64,000 bases of DNA, taken from contig NC_092379.1 in NCBI RefSeq assembly GCF_030028105.1, positions 24,855,821-24,919,820 on the forward strand. The letters run 5' to 3'. The translations under genes and the position numbers were made by a program. Positions 27,090 through 40,400 of this stretch are shown piece after piece. The notes beneath the pieces were generated by a model. It did not search any database, had not been told where the DNA came from, and was given only the letters and a program-made list of their open reading frames with translations. This DNA comes from Mobula birostris (Eukaryota). The first letter of the stretch is position 1, and the number at the start of each line of letters is the position of its first letter.

Positions 27090-29760
27090 ATCTTAAAAAT
27101 GAAAATGCAAATGCATGGATTATTATATTTCCAGATAATACGCTCCGGGCAAAATGACCTTGTCAATTGTGGGACTGAAGTGCAGCAGGCTGAAACGCTT
27201 GAGCATATAGGCATTAACAAAGAGGACCTGCTGGATATTTTGAAATGCGTTACATTATATAAATCGCCGGGAACAGTGGGAAAATACCACTGCTCATCGT
27301 GGGAAGCGAAGGAAGATATCTCTGAGACTCTGGCGATGATCTTTGCATCATCAATAGGAACGGGAGAAGTTCCGGAGGATTGGAGGTTTATGGATGTTTT
27401 TTTTTCTTGTTTAAGAAAGAGAGTCGAGATGACCCAAGAAATTATAGATCAATAAGCTTTACTTCAGTGATGGGCAAGTTGTTAGAGAAGATCCTAAAAG
27501 ACAGGATTTATGCGCATTCGGACATAGTTTGATTAGGGATCTTCAGCATGGCTATACCAAGGACAGGTCGTGCCTTACGAGCATGATTGAATTCTTTGAA
27601 GATTTAACAACATACATTGAAAAAGGTCCATTGGTGGATTTAATGCATCTAGAAATCAATAAGGTTTTTGATAAGATTCCCCATGCAAGACCAATTCAGA
27701 AAGTAAAGTGGAATGCGTTCCAAGAACATCATGCTTTGCGGAAACCGATTAGCTTGCTGATAGAAGGGAAAGTTGTTGAAGATAATTTTTTTTCTGCATG
27801 GAGGTCGGTCGGTGTCTGGTGGTGTTCAGTAGGGATCTGTATTGGACCCCTCTTCTTCGTGAGTTTTATAACTGACCTGAATGATGAAGTAGATAGGTGT
27901 CTTAGTAAGCATGCTGATGACACAAAGTTTGAGGGTGTTGTGGATAGTATGAGGGCTGTCAGTGAATTCAGCGAAACATCGATAGGATGCCGAACTGTAC
28001 TGAAAGGTTGCAGATGAAGTTCAAGCCAGATAAGTGTGAAGCGGTTCATTTTTGTAGGTCAAATTTGAAGCCAGAATATGGTATTAAGGTTAAGACTCTT
28101 GGCTGTATGGAGGGTCAGCGAAATCTTGGGGTCCATGTCCATTGACACCCAAAGCTGCTGCGCAGTTTGACTGTGTGGTTAAGAATCCATATAGTGCATT
28201 AATAGGGCTTGGGCTGTGTTTGCATTCAACAACAGTGAGATTGAGATCGAGAGTTGGCAGGGAGTGTTCCAGGTATATAAACCCTACCTGACACAACTTG
28301 GAGAACTGTCACCTCGTTAGAGGAAGAATCTGGATACTATTGAATGATTTCAGAGGAGATTTACAAGGATGTTGAGGATCAGAGGAGATTGAAAAGGAAG
28401 TCGAGAGTGTGCCTTGTCAGAATAGATTCAGTGAACTTGGCTTTGCGCCTTGGAGTGACGAAGGATGACGGGAATAAAACACACTCAGAGGTATACGATC
28501 TCCTGAAAGGGATGTATAGATTATGAGAGGCATTGGTCATCTACATAGATAGAACATTTGTCCCGGTGTTGAAATGGCTAACACAGTGAGGCATAGCTTT
28601 AAGTTGATTGGAAGTAGGTACAAACGGGATATCAGGGGTACGTTTTTCACCCAAGCAGTGGTGAGAGCGTCGAATGCTCGGTTGTGGAGGTGGAAACAAT
28701 TGGATAGTTTAAGAGACTCGTTGATCGTTCCTTGGAGCTTAGTAAAATAGAGAGCTGAGCGACATGGTAATTATGTCCAATTTCGAGAGTAGGTCGCATG
28801 GTCAGTACAATATTGTGGGTGGATTGGTCTGGAAAAAAACAATATTTCCAGGGATGCTGACTCGATTGGAGGGTATTTGATAAAACGAGAGGTTGTATAA
28901 ACTTTGGTTACTTTCTATGGAGTGGCAGAAGCTGAAGGGAGTTGAATAGAGTGTTATAAGATTGTGACAGGCTTAAATAAAGTTGTGACACTGCATATTT
29001 CTCCGAGAGTAGTTTTAAAGGAAATGTGAGTTGCGAGTATTTATTTTTACACAGATATAGAAACATAGAAACATAGAAAATAGGTGCAGGAGTAGGCCAT
29101 TCGGCCCTTCGAGCCTGCACCGCCATTTATTATGATCATGGCTGATCATCCAACTCATAACCCCGCCCCAGCCTTCCCTCCATACCCCCTGACCCCCGTA
29201 GTGACAAGGGCCATATCTGACTCCCTCTTAAATATAGCCAATGAACTGGCCTCAACTGTTTCCTGTGGCAGAGAATTCCACAGATTGACCACTCTCTGTG
29301 TGAAGAAGTGTTTCCTAATCTCGGTCCTAAAAGGCTTCCCCTCTATCCTCAAACTGTGACCCCTCGTTCTGGACTTCCCCAACATCGGGAACAATCTTCC
29401 TGCATCTAGCCTGTCCAATCCCTTTAGGATCTTATACGTTTCAATCAGATCCCCCCTCAATCTTCTAAATTCCAACGAGTACAAGCCCAATTCATCCAGT
29501 CTTTCTTCATATCAAAGTCCTGCCATCCCTATGAAGAAAGGTGATGTTTGGAGTGCAATTACTACTGTGCTGCTAGAGACGGATACAGTAGGGACTTTTT
29601 AGAGGCATTTAGATTAGCACTTGAAAGTGAGGAATATAGAAGGATATGGATCATTGTACAGGCATAAAGGATTACTTTAGTTGTCCTATTTGCTGAATAA
29701 TTAATCGTTTGGATACAACATTTTGGGTGACGGACCTATTTCTCAGATGCAGTGTTCTAT
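27090..29760 (+). mobile_element. Cluster of decayed CR1 fragments
   Basis: RT remnants (27099-28017; KHADDTK) followed by several 3' pieces. Confidence 0.8.
29055..29530 (-). mobile_element. CR1 3' fragment nested in plus-strand CR1
   Basis: A (catagaaa)n tail at ~29056-29080 and ORF 29155-29490 (LYSLEFRRLRGDLIETYKI). Confidence 0.9.
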
Positions 29761-31176
29761 GTCGAAGTTAAATTGAAAAATTAATTATTATTCAAAAAGA
29801 CATTAATACCCATGTTACAACCAAAATGACCATCGTTACTCTGGCTCCAAGGTGCGAAACACAATACCAACATTCATGCAGAGAACAAGGCACATATAAC
29901 ACATATAAAATAGCAAGCGCCTATTATACATCAGTGAAATACAACCACACCAAAATCCATATAGTCCAAGAAAGTTTCCATCAATGTTGCAGAAATCTGC
30001 AGTTGAACACAATATAGTGGAACTACAGCCTTGCAAATACTGCTGTGAGGGGTGGGTTAGTACATCGACACCAGCTTGTATACTGCTTCCAGAAGAGCGC
30101 ATTGACTCCAATTTCTCGTTCGTGGGCGGCTGTAAGCAGTTGAAACCGAGCTTGAGGTTGCGTCGTTGCTAGGGTATATGCAACATACGTCTTCCACCGT
30201 CCGCCTCTGACGTGGGCCAATATATCAGTGAATTAGACCAGCAGCATTCCATTGCAGGAATTCTGAACACGGTCTTTGTTCACAAGAAAAGCAAGTCAAT
30301 TGATCATTTGTCGTTAGGCTACACACCTCCCTCGCGCACTGAGCCCTGTGACCCCTCTCTGACGCAGGTAGCAGCACCATCGGCAGCATCCAGTCCTTCA
30401 GTTTCTCCGCCAAGGCGGAGCTGACTGATGGTAATTTATTTATTTATTTATTTTCCCCATGTCCAACAGTGTCTTTCGGTCGTAACAATACGTTTGAAAT
30501 GAACAATTACACGCCATGGAAGCCATTTCAGTTGAACTCGCTGCCATCTTACCGGGATGATAATATTGCCATTGTCGCACAGTTTACATATTAGTGCAGA
30601 ACCTCTGACGTGCACCGCCACAAAATTTGTTCAAGGCCTGAAAATCAGGCGCAGAATGTTTTTTTTTTTTTTTTTTGGTCTATGCCGTTTTATGTATGTA
30701 TGCAATCTTTTCTGAGAGAAATGATAGGCAGACCAAAAAGAGGGAGGATGAAGAGAGAGCGAGTGATATGCTCTGCCCTGGCAATAGGTATATTCTGAGT
30801 TCCAGCGAATGTTAGAAAAATACTACAACTTATTCTGAATAATAGTTCGCTCTTTCTAAGTCTTTAGTACTTTGATGGGACAATGGTCTTCTGTGTCTGT
30901 TGAGATCACTACAGATATGAGCACATTAACAACGTTAATTATTAATTTCCTTCAACTGACTAAGTTGTGGATTAAATGCATAATATCGCGTCGTGCAGTA
31001 TGACCTCAGATTTCGCGGGCATTAACGTGCAACTTTAATTTGAGAGATGATTCCAAGCTATCATTTCCAAACAATTGCATCGCAGAAAATATTGTGTTGT
31101 CTCTTCAGCAAATTCCAAAGCGTGATAGAGTCCTGCGTCATTATGCAGTGTCTGAAATGTGCTGGTAATCAGGGAA

Positions 31177-31339
31177 ATACATACATACATACATACATAC
31201 ATAGATAGATAGTAGATAGATAGATAGACAGATAGATAGATAGATAGATAAATGGACGGACGAGTGAACGAACGACTGACTAAATGAATAAATAAATAAG
31301 TACATACATACATGCATACATACATACATACATACATAC
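31177..31339. repeat. Compound tetranucleotide microsatellite (TACA/TAGA/GAAC/TAAA/TACA)
   Basis: Direct read. Confidence 0.95.
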
Positions 31340-31429
31340 TTGGCATTTTTAGACCGAATGCTCGTAAAACAGAATACATATATTTTTTTACCGATTGCAA
31401 TTATCGTGCTTTGATGGGACATCAACAGT

Positions 31430-33750
31430 CTCGACTTCACCCCACATTGTTCCCATTCCAACCTTACTACTTCCGAACACTTTGCTCTCCACGCCCTCCG
31501 CACTAATCGTAACCTTACTATTAAAAAACGCCGATAAGGTGGGTGCTGTTTTAGACTGGCATACTGACCTCTACCTTGCCGAAGCACGACGACAACTCGC
31601 GGATACCTCCTCTTATTTAGCCCTCGATTGTGATCCCACTGAGGAGCACCAGGCCATTGCCTCCCACACCATCACCGACTTATCCGCTCAGGGGTTCTCC
31701 TATCCACTGCTACCAACCTTATAGTTCCCACACCTCGCATTTCCCGTTTCTACCTCCTACCCACGATCCACAAACCTGCCTGTCCTGGCAGACCTATTGT
31801 CTCAGCTTGCTCCTGCCCCACCGAACTCGTTTCTGCATAACTCGACAAGCTTTTATCCCCCCTTGTTCAATCCCTCCCTACCAATATTCGTGACACTTCT
31901 CACGCTCTTAAACTTTTCGATATTTTTAAGATCCTGGCCCCCTCCGCTTTATTTTCACCCTGGATGTACAGTCCCTATATACTTCCATCCCCCATCAGGA
32001 AGGTCTTAAAGTTCTCCGCTTCTTTTTGGATTCTAGAGCTAACCAGTTCCCCTCTACCACCACTTTGCTCCGTCTGTCGGAATTAGTCCTTACTTAATTT
32101 TTCCTTTGGCTCCTCCCACTTCTTCCAAACAAATTGTGTAGCAATGGGAACCCGTATGGGTCCTAGCTATGCCTGTCTTTTTGTTGCCTTTGTGGAACAA
32201 TCTATATTCCAAACCTATTCTGGTATCTGTCCCCCACTTTTCCTTTGCTACATTGACGACTGCATTGACACTGCTTCCTGCACTCATGCTGACCTCGTTG
32301 ACGTCATTAACTTTGCCTCCAACTATCCCTCAAGTTTACCTGGTCCATTTCCGACAACTCCCTCCCCTTTCTGGATCTTTCTGTCTCTATCTCTGGAGAC
32401 AGCGTATCTACTGATGTCGACTATAAGCCGACTGACTCTCACAGCTATCTGGACTATTTCTCTTCTCACCCTTTCTTTTGCAAAACATGTCATCCTCTTC
32501 TCGTAATTACACCGTCTCCGCCGCATCTACTCTCAAGATGAGGCTTTTCATTTCAGGACGATGGAGATGTCCTCCTTTTTTAAAGAAAGGGGTTTTTCTT
32601 CCTCCACCATCAATTCTGGTCTCAAACATATCTCCCCCATTTTACGCAAATCTGTTCTCACTCTATCCTCCCGTCACCCCAGGAGGAATAGGGTTCCCCT
32701 GATCCTCACCTACCACCCCACCAGCCTCCGGGGCCAACATATTATTCTCCGTAACTTCCGCCACCTCCAACGGGATCCCACCACTAAGCACATCTTCCCG
32801 CCCATCCCCGTCTCTCTGCTTTCCGCAGGTAGCGCTCCCTACGCGACTCTCTTGCCCATTGCGCCCTCCCCCCCCCCCATCCCTTACCACTGATCTCCCT
32901 CCAGGCACTTATCCTTGTAAGCGGAACAAGTGTTACACATGCCCTTACACTTCCTCCCTTACCACCATTCAGGGCCACAGACAGTCCTGCCAGGTGAGGA
33001 GACACTTCACCTGTGAGTCGGCTGGGGTGATATACTACGTCCGTTGCTCCCGATGCGGTCTTCTATATATTGGCAAGACCCGACGCAGACTGGGAGATCG
33101 TTTTGCTGAACACCTACGCTCTGTCCACCAGAGAAAAGAGGATCTCCCAGTGGCCACACATTTTAATACCATATTCCATTCCCATTCTGATATGTCTATC
33201 CACGGCCTCCTCTATTGTAAAGATGAAGCCACACTCACGTTGGAGGAACAACACCCTATATTCCGTCTGGGTAGTCTCCAACCTGATGGCATGAACATTG
33301 ACTTCTCTAATTTCCGCTAATGCCCCACCTCTGCCTCGTACCCCATCTGTTATTTATTTATATACACACATTCTTTCTCTCTCTCTGCTTTTTCTCCCTC
33401 TGTCCCTTTGACTATACCTCTTGCCCATCCTCTGGGTCCCCCCCCCACTCCGCCTTTTCCTTCTCCCTGGACTTCCTGTCCCATGATCCTCTCATATCCC
33501 GTTTGCCAATCACCTGTCCAGCTCTTAACTCCATTCCTCCCCCTCCTGTCTTATCCTATCATTTTGGATCCCCTCCCCACCGCCATTTTCAAATCTCTTA
33601 CTAACTCTTCCTTCAGTTAGTCCTGACGACGGGTCTCGGCTCGAAACGTCGACTGTACCTTTTCCTAGAGATGCTGCCTGACCTGCTGCGTTCAGTAACA
33701 ACTTTGATGTATGTTGCTTGAATTTCCAGCATCTGCAGAATTCCTCGTGT
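31430..33750 (+). mobile_element. Penelope-like retroelement (RT + GIY-YIG endonuclease), frameshifted
   Basis: RT has MGTRMGPSYACLF...YIDD (32144-32506). GIY-YIG has VIYYVRCSRCGLLYIGKT...RFAEH...GMN (32859-33320). Confidence 0.92.
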
Positions 33751-34140
33751 TTACGGCAATAATCGTATATACATGATAGCCGGCAGGAAAAAAATACAAT
33801 CCTTGGTATGCCAAAACGAGATGAGGTAGCACAATATAAATAGTGAAACGACAGAGTCCAGTTTCGTATCCCAATCAAGTTCGTGTCCCGGTTTGACTTA
33901 AAGTAGTTCTCGATTAACGTGCTACCTTTGCATGTTTGCTCATAAGATAGCGGAACCCTCTATACCGTCAGCTCTAAGATATGGGGTCCCATACTTGCTA
34001 AAGCCTGTAATGGCTTTGTAGGATCCTTTCCAAACTACAGCCTTATGGTGCTCAACGCCCAAAAGCTCGTTTGGCATGACCACTATCAACTGCAACTACA
34101 CTTGCTGCACATCCCGCAGCACAGATGTGGTTCCATTAGA

Positions 34141-34449
34141 NNNNNNNNNNNNNNNNNNNNNNNNNNNNNNNNNNNNNNNNNNNNNNNNNNNNNNNNNNNN
34201 NNNNNNNNNNNNNNNNNNNNNNNNNNNNNNNNNNNNNNNNNNNNNNNNNNNNNNNNNNNNNNNNNNNNNNNNNNNNNNNNNNNNNNNNNNNNNNNNNNNN
34301 NNNNNNNNNNNNNNNNNNNNNNNNNNNNNNNNNNNNNNNNNNNNNNNNNNNNNNNNNNNNNNNNNNNNNNNNNNNNNNNNNNNNNNNNNNNNNNNNNNNN
34401 NNNNNNNNNNNNNNNNNNNNNNNNNNNNNNNNNNNNNNNNNNNNNNNNN
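34141..34449. other. Assembly gap (309 N)
   Basis: Run of N. Confidence 1.
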
Positions 34450-35449
34450 AGCAAGCAAGCGTGAATTTGCTAAAGAGGAGAATTCGTCATTGCCTCTGGA
34501 AAGTAACAACTTTCCCACATGTAAGACGAGTTATTTTTCCTCAAGCGTCTGTTGGACGGCATTGTATATAGCACGATACCAGCACAGACTGAAAGGAGAA
34601 GTAAAATTACAATGACAGGTAGCGGTAAAATTATAGTAACTTCTAAGTTTTGAGTGCAATTACTCAGCATCGCTGTCCCGATTTATCTTTACGTTTTATG
34701 GCAAAGTCAAATGGACCGTGACGTGAACAGGGACAGTTGTATTATTGAATAAAAAAAAAACAAACAACTGCATCCGCGTGATTTCCTCTCAAGGAAAATA
34801 TACTTGTGCCATAGACGGTGCAAATAGAAGAGGCAAACGTGTGGAGTTACATCTCTTGTTCTTTTATAGAAAGGAATGTAGGTGTGGAATATCACAGCTA
34901 GCAGTTCTTCTTTGTACCTTCCGAATAATTCTTGATTTCATTCGTGACCAAATTTCAATCAGGCGAATAAGGACCAAAGTGAAGGGAAAATGTGCACGAT
35001 AAGCTGGTACAGGAAGTCCAGAGATTGGCCTGAAAGAGAATGTTGCACAGTTCCCATCAATTCATGAGCTAAATGTTATGCAACCGCAAAACAAAGTACT
35101 TGTACTCGGGGGCAGCGGTGAGTCCGTAAATTTATAGCCAGAAAACAGACTGGAAATATACTTGTGCATCCCCGAGACTCGCAGAGCAATCGGCCGTTCC
35201 AGTGTTCAGAAATTTCAAGTTGGAGCCCTTTGCTATCAGCAAAATCGTCAACGTTTCTTTCAAGTAAAGACATTGCTGAATACTGGAAAACGGACAAGCT
35301 GCTGAATCAGCGGCAAGCAGCTGCAAAGCGTTTATCCATTCTCACCGAAACTCACAGACTACAGCGCAGCGGTACCATGACATCGTTAACTCTAGCGTCG
35401 GAGTTCGAAAGAAAATTCCGGCGACAACTGTAAACAAGATATTTAGGTC

Positions 35450-36250
35450 TTTTCCATGTGCACGAAGGATTCCACCGGGTGCTCCGCTTTGTGCCGCAGT
35501 CCAAATACCTATCAGTCAGTACCGAACATGGTAAAATATCCCGTAATTATGCTGGAGTTAAATCTGTTGATCGGGGTGCAAGGAGCTTAGGAGTCTTCGT
35601 GCAAGACACCCAGAAGATAAATTTGCAGCTCGAGTTTATGGTAAAGAAGGCGAATGTAATATTGGTATTTATTTCAAATGGAATAGAATATAAAGACGCA
35701 GTGAAAATGCTGAGACTTTGTAAGACACTCGTCAGGTCGCACGTAGAGCGTTGTCAGCAGTTTGGGGCCCCACTTCTCAGAAAGGAGGTGGCGTCCTTGG
35801 AGAAAGCCCAGAAGACGTTCACTAATGCACATATCAGGCGCGTTTGGCGGTTTTGGACCTTTAGTTACTGGAATTTAGAAGAATGCGGAGAGAACTCATT
35901 GAAACCACGCGACAGGGTGGACATGGGGAGGATGTTTCCTCTAGTGGGGCTATTCAGAACTGGAGAGCACAGCCACTAAAACTGAGGGCGAACATTTAGG
36001 ATAAACGTAAGGAGCGACCATTGACAGCCGAACATTGAGAACAAAGCTAATGTCACAGACTGCTTTGGAAGCCAAGTGCATGCGTATATCTACAGCGGAA
36101 GTTGATATTTGCTGATCCTTCAGCGAGTAAATGTATATCGCGAGAAGGAAAGTGTATGGAGTTAAGTGGGTTGCGGGATCAGCCATGATGTGTTGGCGGA
36201 GAAGTCTCGATGGGCTGAATGGCCTAATTCCGCTCCTATGTCTTATGATT
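35450..36250 (+). mobile_element. SINE-like head followed by CR1 3' fragment
   Basis: The ccgggtgctcc...agtccaaa motif is followed by CR1 RT C-terminus remnants (35458-35979) and 3' UTR. Confidence 0.7.
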
Positions 36251-37899
36251 TTATTGCTGATTGTCGAGCGGAGCTGCACAAAGGGAAGGAAGGACCTGTT
36301 TCACGTTTTACTTCTATGCAAATTAGAAAATAAATAACATGCGCCGGTTGAGAAATTCACAATTTTCCAAGATAGTTACATCAATGTCCTAATCGAAAAC
36401 AAGGATGCAGCATGAAATAACACTGGCACCGCAAGTATCCCGAAACCAGCCCGGAAAAAAAAAAAGGTATCCAAATTCATATTGAGAAAAGGTCATTTGA
36501 GTAACACGGCATTTTACTTCTGTGTGTTCACCTAGTCAATCCGTGACCTGCCTTCTTGGTTTCTTTTCAGTGAGATTAAACTACAGTATACTTCCACTGG
36601 GCTGATTCTAAGCAAACTGCCTCACATGCGGTGAATATAAAATAATAGCTCTGTAAGTACTGGATACATGAAACAACTCTGCTTTTCGTATAATTCCCCA
36701 TTTTCTGTCGCATCATAGGTGGGATAGAAATGCTGACAGGGACAAACTCATGAAAAGTAAAGCATAATTCCCACGTATCACTGCACAAATCTTGATCTTT
36801 TTAAGGAATTCAATTTGCCTTTATACCTACCGCCTGTTTTACGTAGCAGTTTGTGTATGTACTACTCGATATTTCCAGATTCTGCAGAATTTCTTCTATC
36901 TAGGTTTCGTGTTTAGAAAAAAAATATTCAGGAGCTTCAGGAAAATTAACCTATATGAATTAGTGATCAAATTATGATAGAGTTATAGCAAACAATAACA
37001 GGTAACTAGAAGTATTTTTCGAACATGAATTACATTCAATGCGATCGCCACGGTTGGGAAAGCAAGACAATCCCTGATTTGGGTCTGTGCAATGAGCTAG
37101 ATTTGATGAAGAATCTTAAGATAAAGAAACTATTAGTCAGCAGTGATGATAATATCCTAACACTCATCCAGCAATTTCAGAGGGACATCCTGATATTCAT
37201 GCACCGCTATTAGTAAATCTAATTACAAATGAGTGAGGGGCATGCCAAGTTTGCTGATAAGGAGCGAGCAGAAGGGTAGCAATGGTTACATAAGTAGCAG
37301 GTAGCAGAGACAAAGGAGAACCAGTGGCCTTCATCAAAGAGCTGCACAGGGCACACCATCAAGATGGGAGCCCAAGTATTACAGAAAATAGTGTTAACAT
37401 TCATGGATATTGCTTAGTTAGGTGTAGAAATTCGGACCTTAGAGGGTTGTTGAGGCTGACATTTAATAGTTATTTGCGGATGTTCAATGGCTTCAACGTA
37501 TTGGAGGATAGAGAGGGCTTAGATTCTACGAGAACACTTAACCCCCATGTGCCATTCTGTATGCTTTCGCTGCTTAAATCATTCACAGCCGACGCAGGCT
37601 GCACCAAGGCGGGTCCTCAGCCGCAGAGAAATTCAACCTCCTGGTGAATTTCGCAAAAGTCACCAGGCATGGGATCCATTGGACATTGGGAGAGTAGATT
37701 CAAAATTTTCCCGCTCTCCGATTGTATGGTGCTATATAAGTAGGAAGTTATTATGCCCGGATTTCAGGAATTAGAGAGGTTCCTTGGCAATTATTGCGAG
37801 ACCCTTACTCGTTGTGGCGTTAAAAATTACTTTGTGATTTTTCATTCGAAGCAAGAAGGCTGCGGTTGGAACGGCTAAGGTTTTCCGGAGCGAAGGCAT

Positions 37900-40400
37900 T
37901 TTACTACTCGGAGTAAAGAGAGGTAAGACTGCGCAGGCGCGCCACATCAGCCAGCAGAATATAAAAAGTTTAAAAGAAATTCGCCATATGCAGCGGGCAG
38001 CAGAGTGAGAGTAGCAGAGTGCTCGGCATTTGGCTCAACGAGCTTCGGTGGCAACAGCACGTGCCAAGGTAGGTTTAACTGTGTTAATTGCGGAAAGGAA
38101 ATATTTTTGTAGGCCGGTGTTCAGTGCTCGGTGTCAGATGTGGGAAGCCCTGGAGTATCCCAGGCTCCCGACGGCCATATCTGCACCCAGTTTGTCTAGC
38201 TGCAGTTCCTAAGGGACTGCGTTAGGGAACTGGAGTTGGAGCTCGATAACCTTCGCCTGGTCAGGGTGAGCGAGGAGGTGATAAAAAGGAGTTATAGGCA
38301 GGGGCCACACCAGAACAATGAGAGACAGATAAGTCGGTATGAGTCAGGAGAGGTAAGAGGAAGAGTCAGGTACGAGAGAGTACCTCTGTGGCTGTTCCCC
38401 TGAGCAATAAGTACTCCAGTTTTGTACTACTGTGGGATGGGGGGGGGGTGCAGCCTGCCAAGGGGAAGCAACAGTGGTCATGACTCCGGCACGGAGTCCG
38501 ACCCTGTAGCTCAGAAGTGTAGGGAAAGGAAGGGAAAGACAGTAGTGACAGTGAACTCTATAGATAGGGTGTCAGACAGTCAATTCTGTGGACGCAGGAA
38601 TGAAACTCGGATGGTAGTTGGTCTCCCAGATGCCAAGGCCCGGGATTTTTCAGATCGCGTCCACGATATCCAGCAGAGGGAGGGAGAACAACCAGAGTCG
38701 TGGTACATATTGGTAACAATGACATAGGTAGGTAAAGGGAAGAGACCACAGGGACTTAGGAACGGAGTTCAGAAGTAGGATCACAAAGGTAGTAATCTCG
38801 GGATTTTTGCCTGTGCCACGTGACAGTGAACATAGGAATAGAATGAGGTGGAGGATAAGTTCATGGTTAAGGGATTGGAGCAGGGGGCGGCGATTCAGTT
38901 TTCTTAATTATTGCGAACTCTTTTGGGGCAGTTGTACCTGGACCAAAAGGATGGGTTGCACTTGAATCCCAGGGGGACAAATATCCCGAAGAGGAGGCTT
39001 GCTAAGAATTGTGAAGAATGGAAGAATTGTGGCAGATGTACAAGAGATATTTGTGAGGAGTTCTGCACAGGAATGTTCCACTGAACCAAGACAGTCATGG
39101 TAGGATATTGGAATCGTAGTGTACAAAGACTGTATTAAATCTAGTCAAGAAAAAATAAAAAAAAAAAAAAAACTGACAGAAGGTTCAGAGAGGAAGGTAA
39201 TGTTAGAGATCCAGAAGATTGTAAGGCTAACAGGAAGGAGCTTTAGAAGGAAATTAGGAGAGCCAGAAGAGACCATGAGAAGGCCTTGGCACGCAGGATT
39301 AAGGAAAACCCCACGGCATTGTACAAGTATGCGAAGAGCAAGAGGATAAGATATCAAAGAATAGGACCTATCATGTGTTAAAGTGGGAAAGTGTGCGTGG
39401 ACGCGGAGGAAATAGCAGAGGTACTTAATTAATATTTTAATTCAGCATTTACTCTGGAAAAGGATCTTGATGATTGTAGTGATGACTTGTAGAGGACTGA
39501 AAAGCTGGCGCATGTAGAAATTAAGAAAGAGTGTGTGTTGGAGTTTTTTTTGGAAAGCATCAAGTTACATAAGTCGCCTGGGCAGGAAGAGATGTACCCC
39601 GGGCTAGTGTGAGAGGCGAGGGAGGATATTGCTGAACATCTAGCGAAATGTTTTGCATCAGCAATTGGGACGGGAGAGGTTCCGGAGGATTGAAGGTTTG
39701 CGGATTTTTTTCCCCTTATTCAAGAAAGGGAATAGAGATAGCCCACGAAATTACAGAGCAGTGATTCTGACTTCATTGGTTGGCAAGTTTACGGAGAAGA
39801 TCCCGAGAGACTCGATTCATGAACATTTTTAGAGGTGTAATATGAATAAGAATAGTCAGCAAGGCTTTGTCAGGGTCAGGGAGTGCTTTACGAGCATGGT
39901 TGAATTGTTTGAGGATGTGACTAAACACATTAATAAAGGAAGAGCAGCAGATGTATTGTGTATTGATTTCAGCAAGGCTTTTGATAGGGTAACCCATGCA
40001 AGTCTTATTGAGAATGTAAGAAGTCATGGAATCCAAGGGCACATTGCTTTGTGGATCCAGAATTGTCTTGCCCACAGAAGGAAAAGAGTGGTTGTAGACG
40101 GGTCATATCCTGTTTGCCGGTCGGTGACCAGAGGTGTTTTTCATGGATCTGTTCTCGTACCCTTACTCTTCGTGATTTAAAAGAAAATGAACTGAATGAG
40201 GAAATGGACATATGGGTTAGTGAGTTTGCTGATGACACAAAGGTTGGGGGTGTTGTGGATAGTGTAGAGGGCAGTCAGAGTTTGCAGCGGGACATTGATA
40301 GGATGCAAAACGGGTTTCAGAAGTGGCAGATGGCGTTCCACCAAGATCAGTGTGAAGTGGTTCATTTTGGTAGGTCAAATATGATGGTAGAATATATGAA
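37900..40400 (+). mobile_element. CR1 with 5' UTR and ORF1 remnant (Zn-finger/coiled coil + SGNH-esterase-like), internally deleted ORF2
   Basis: Motifs include ARCQMWE, RELELELDNLR and FCGRRNETRMVVGLPDAK. The RT remnant CIDFSKAFDRV is at 39842-40180. Confidence 0.8.

Noticed and set aside
30310-30430. TISQL...TCVREG followed by CACAGGG on the minus strand
   Set aside because: There is no YxC motif or nonamer and no upstream V framework.
31035-31587. MYVC-repeat ORFs
   Set aside because: They are translations of the tetranucleotide microsatellite.
34045-34615. ORF-track entries of 122-179 aa
   Set aside because: They are artefacts of translating the N gap.
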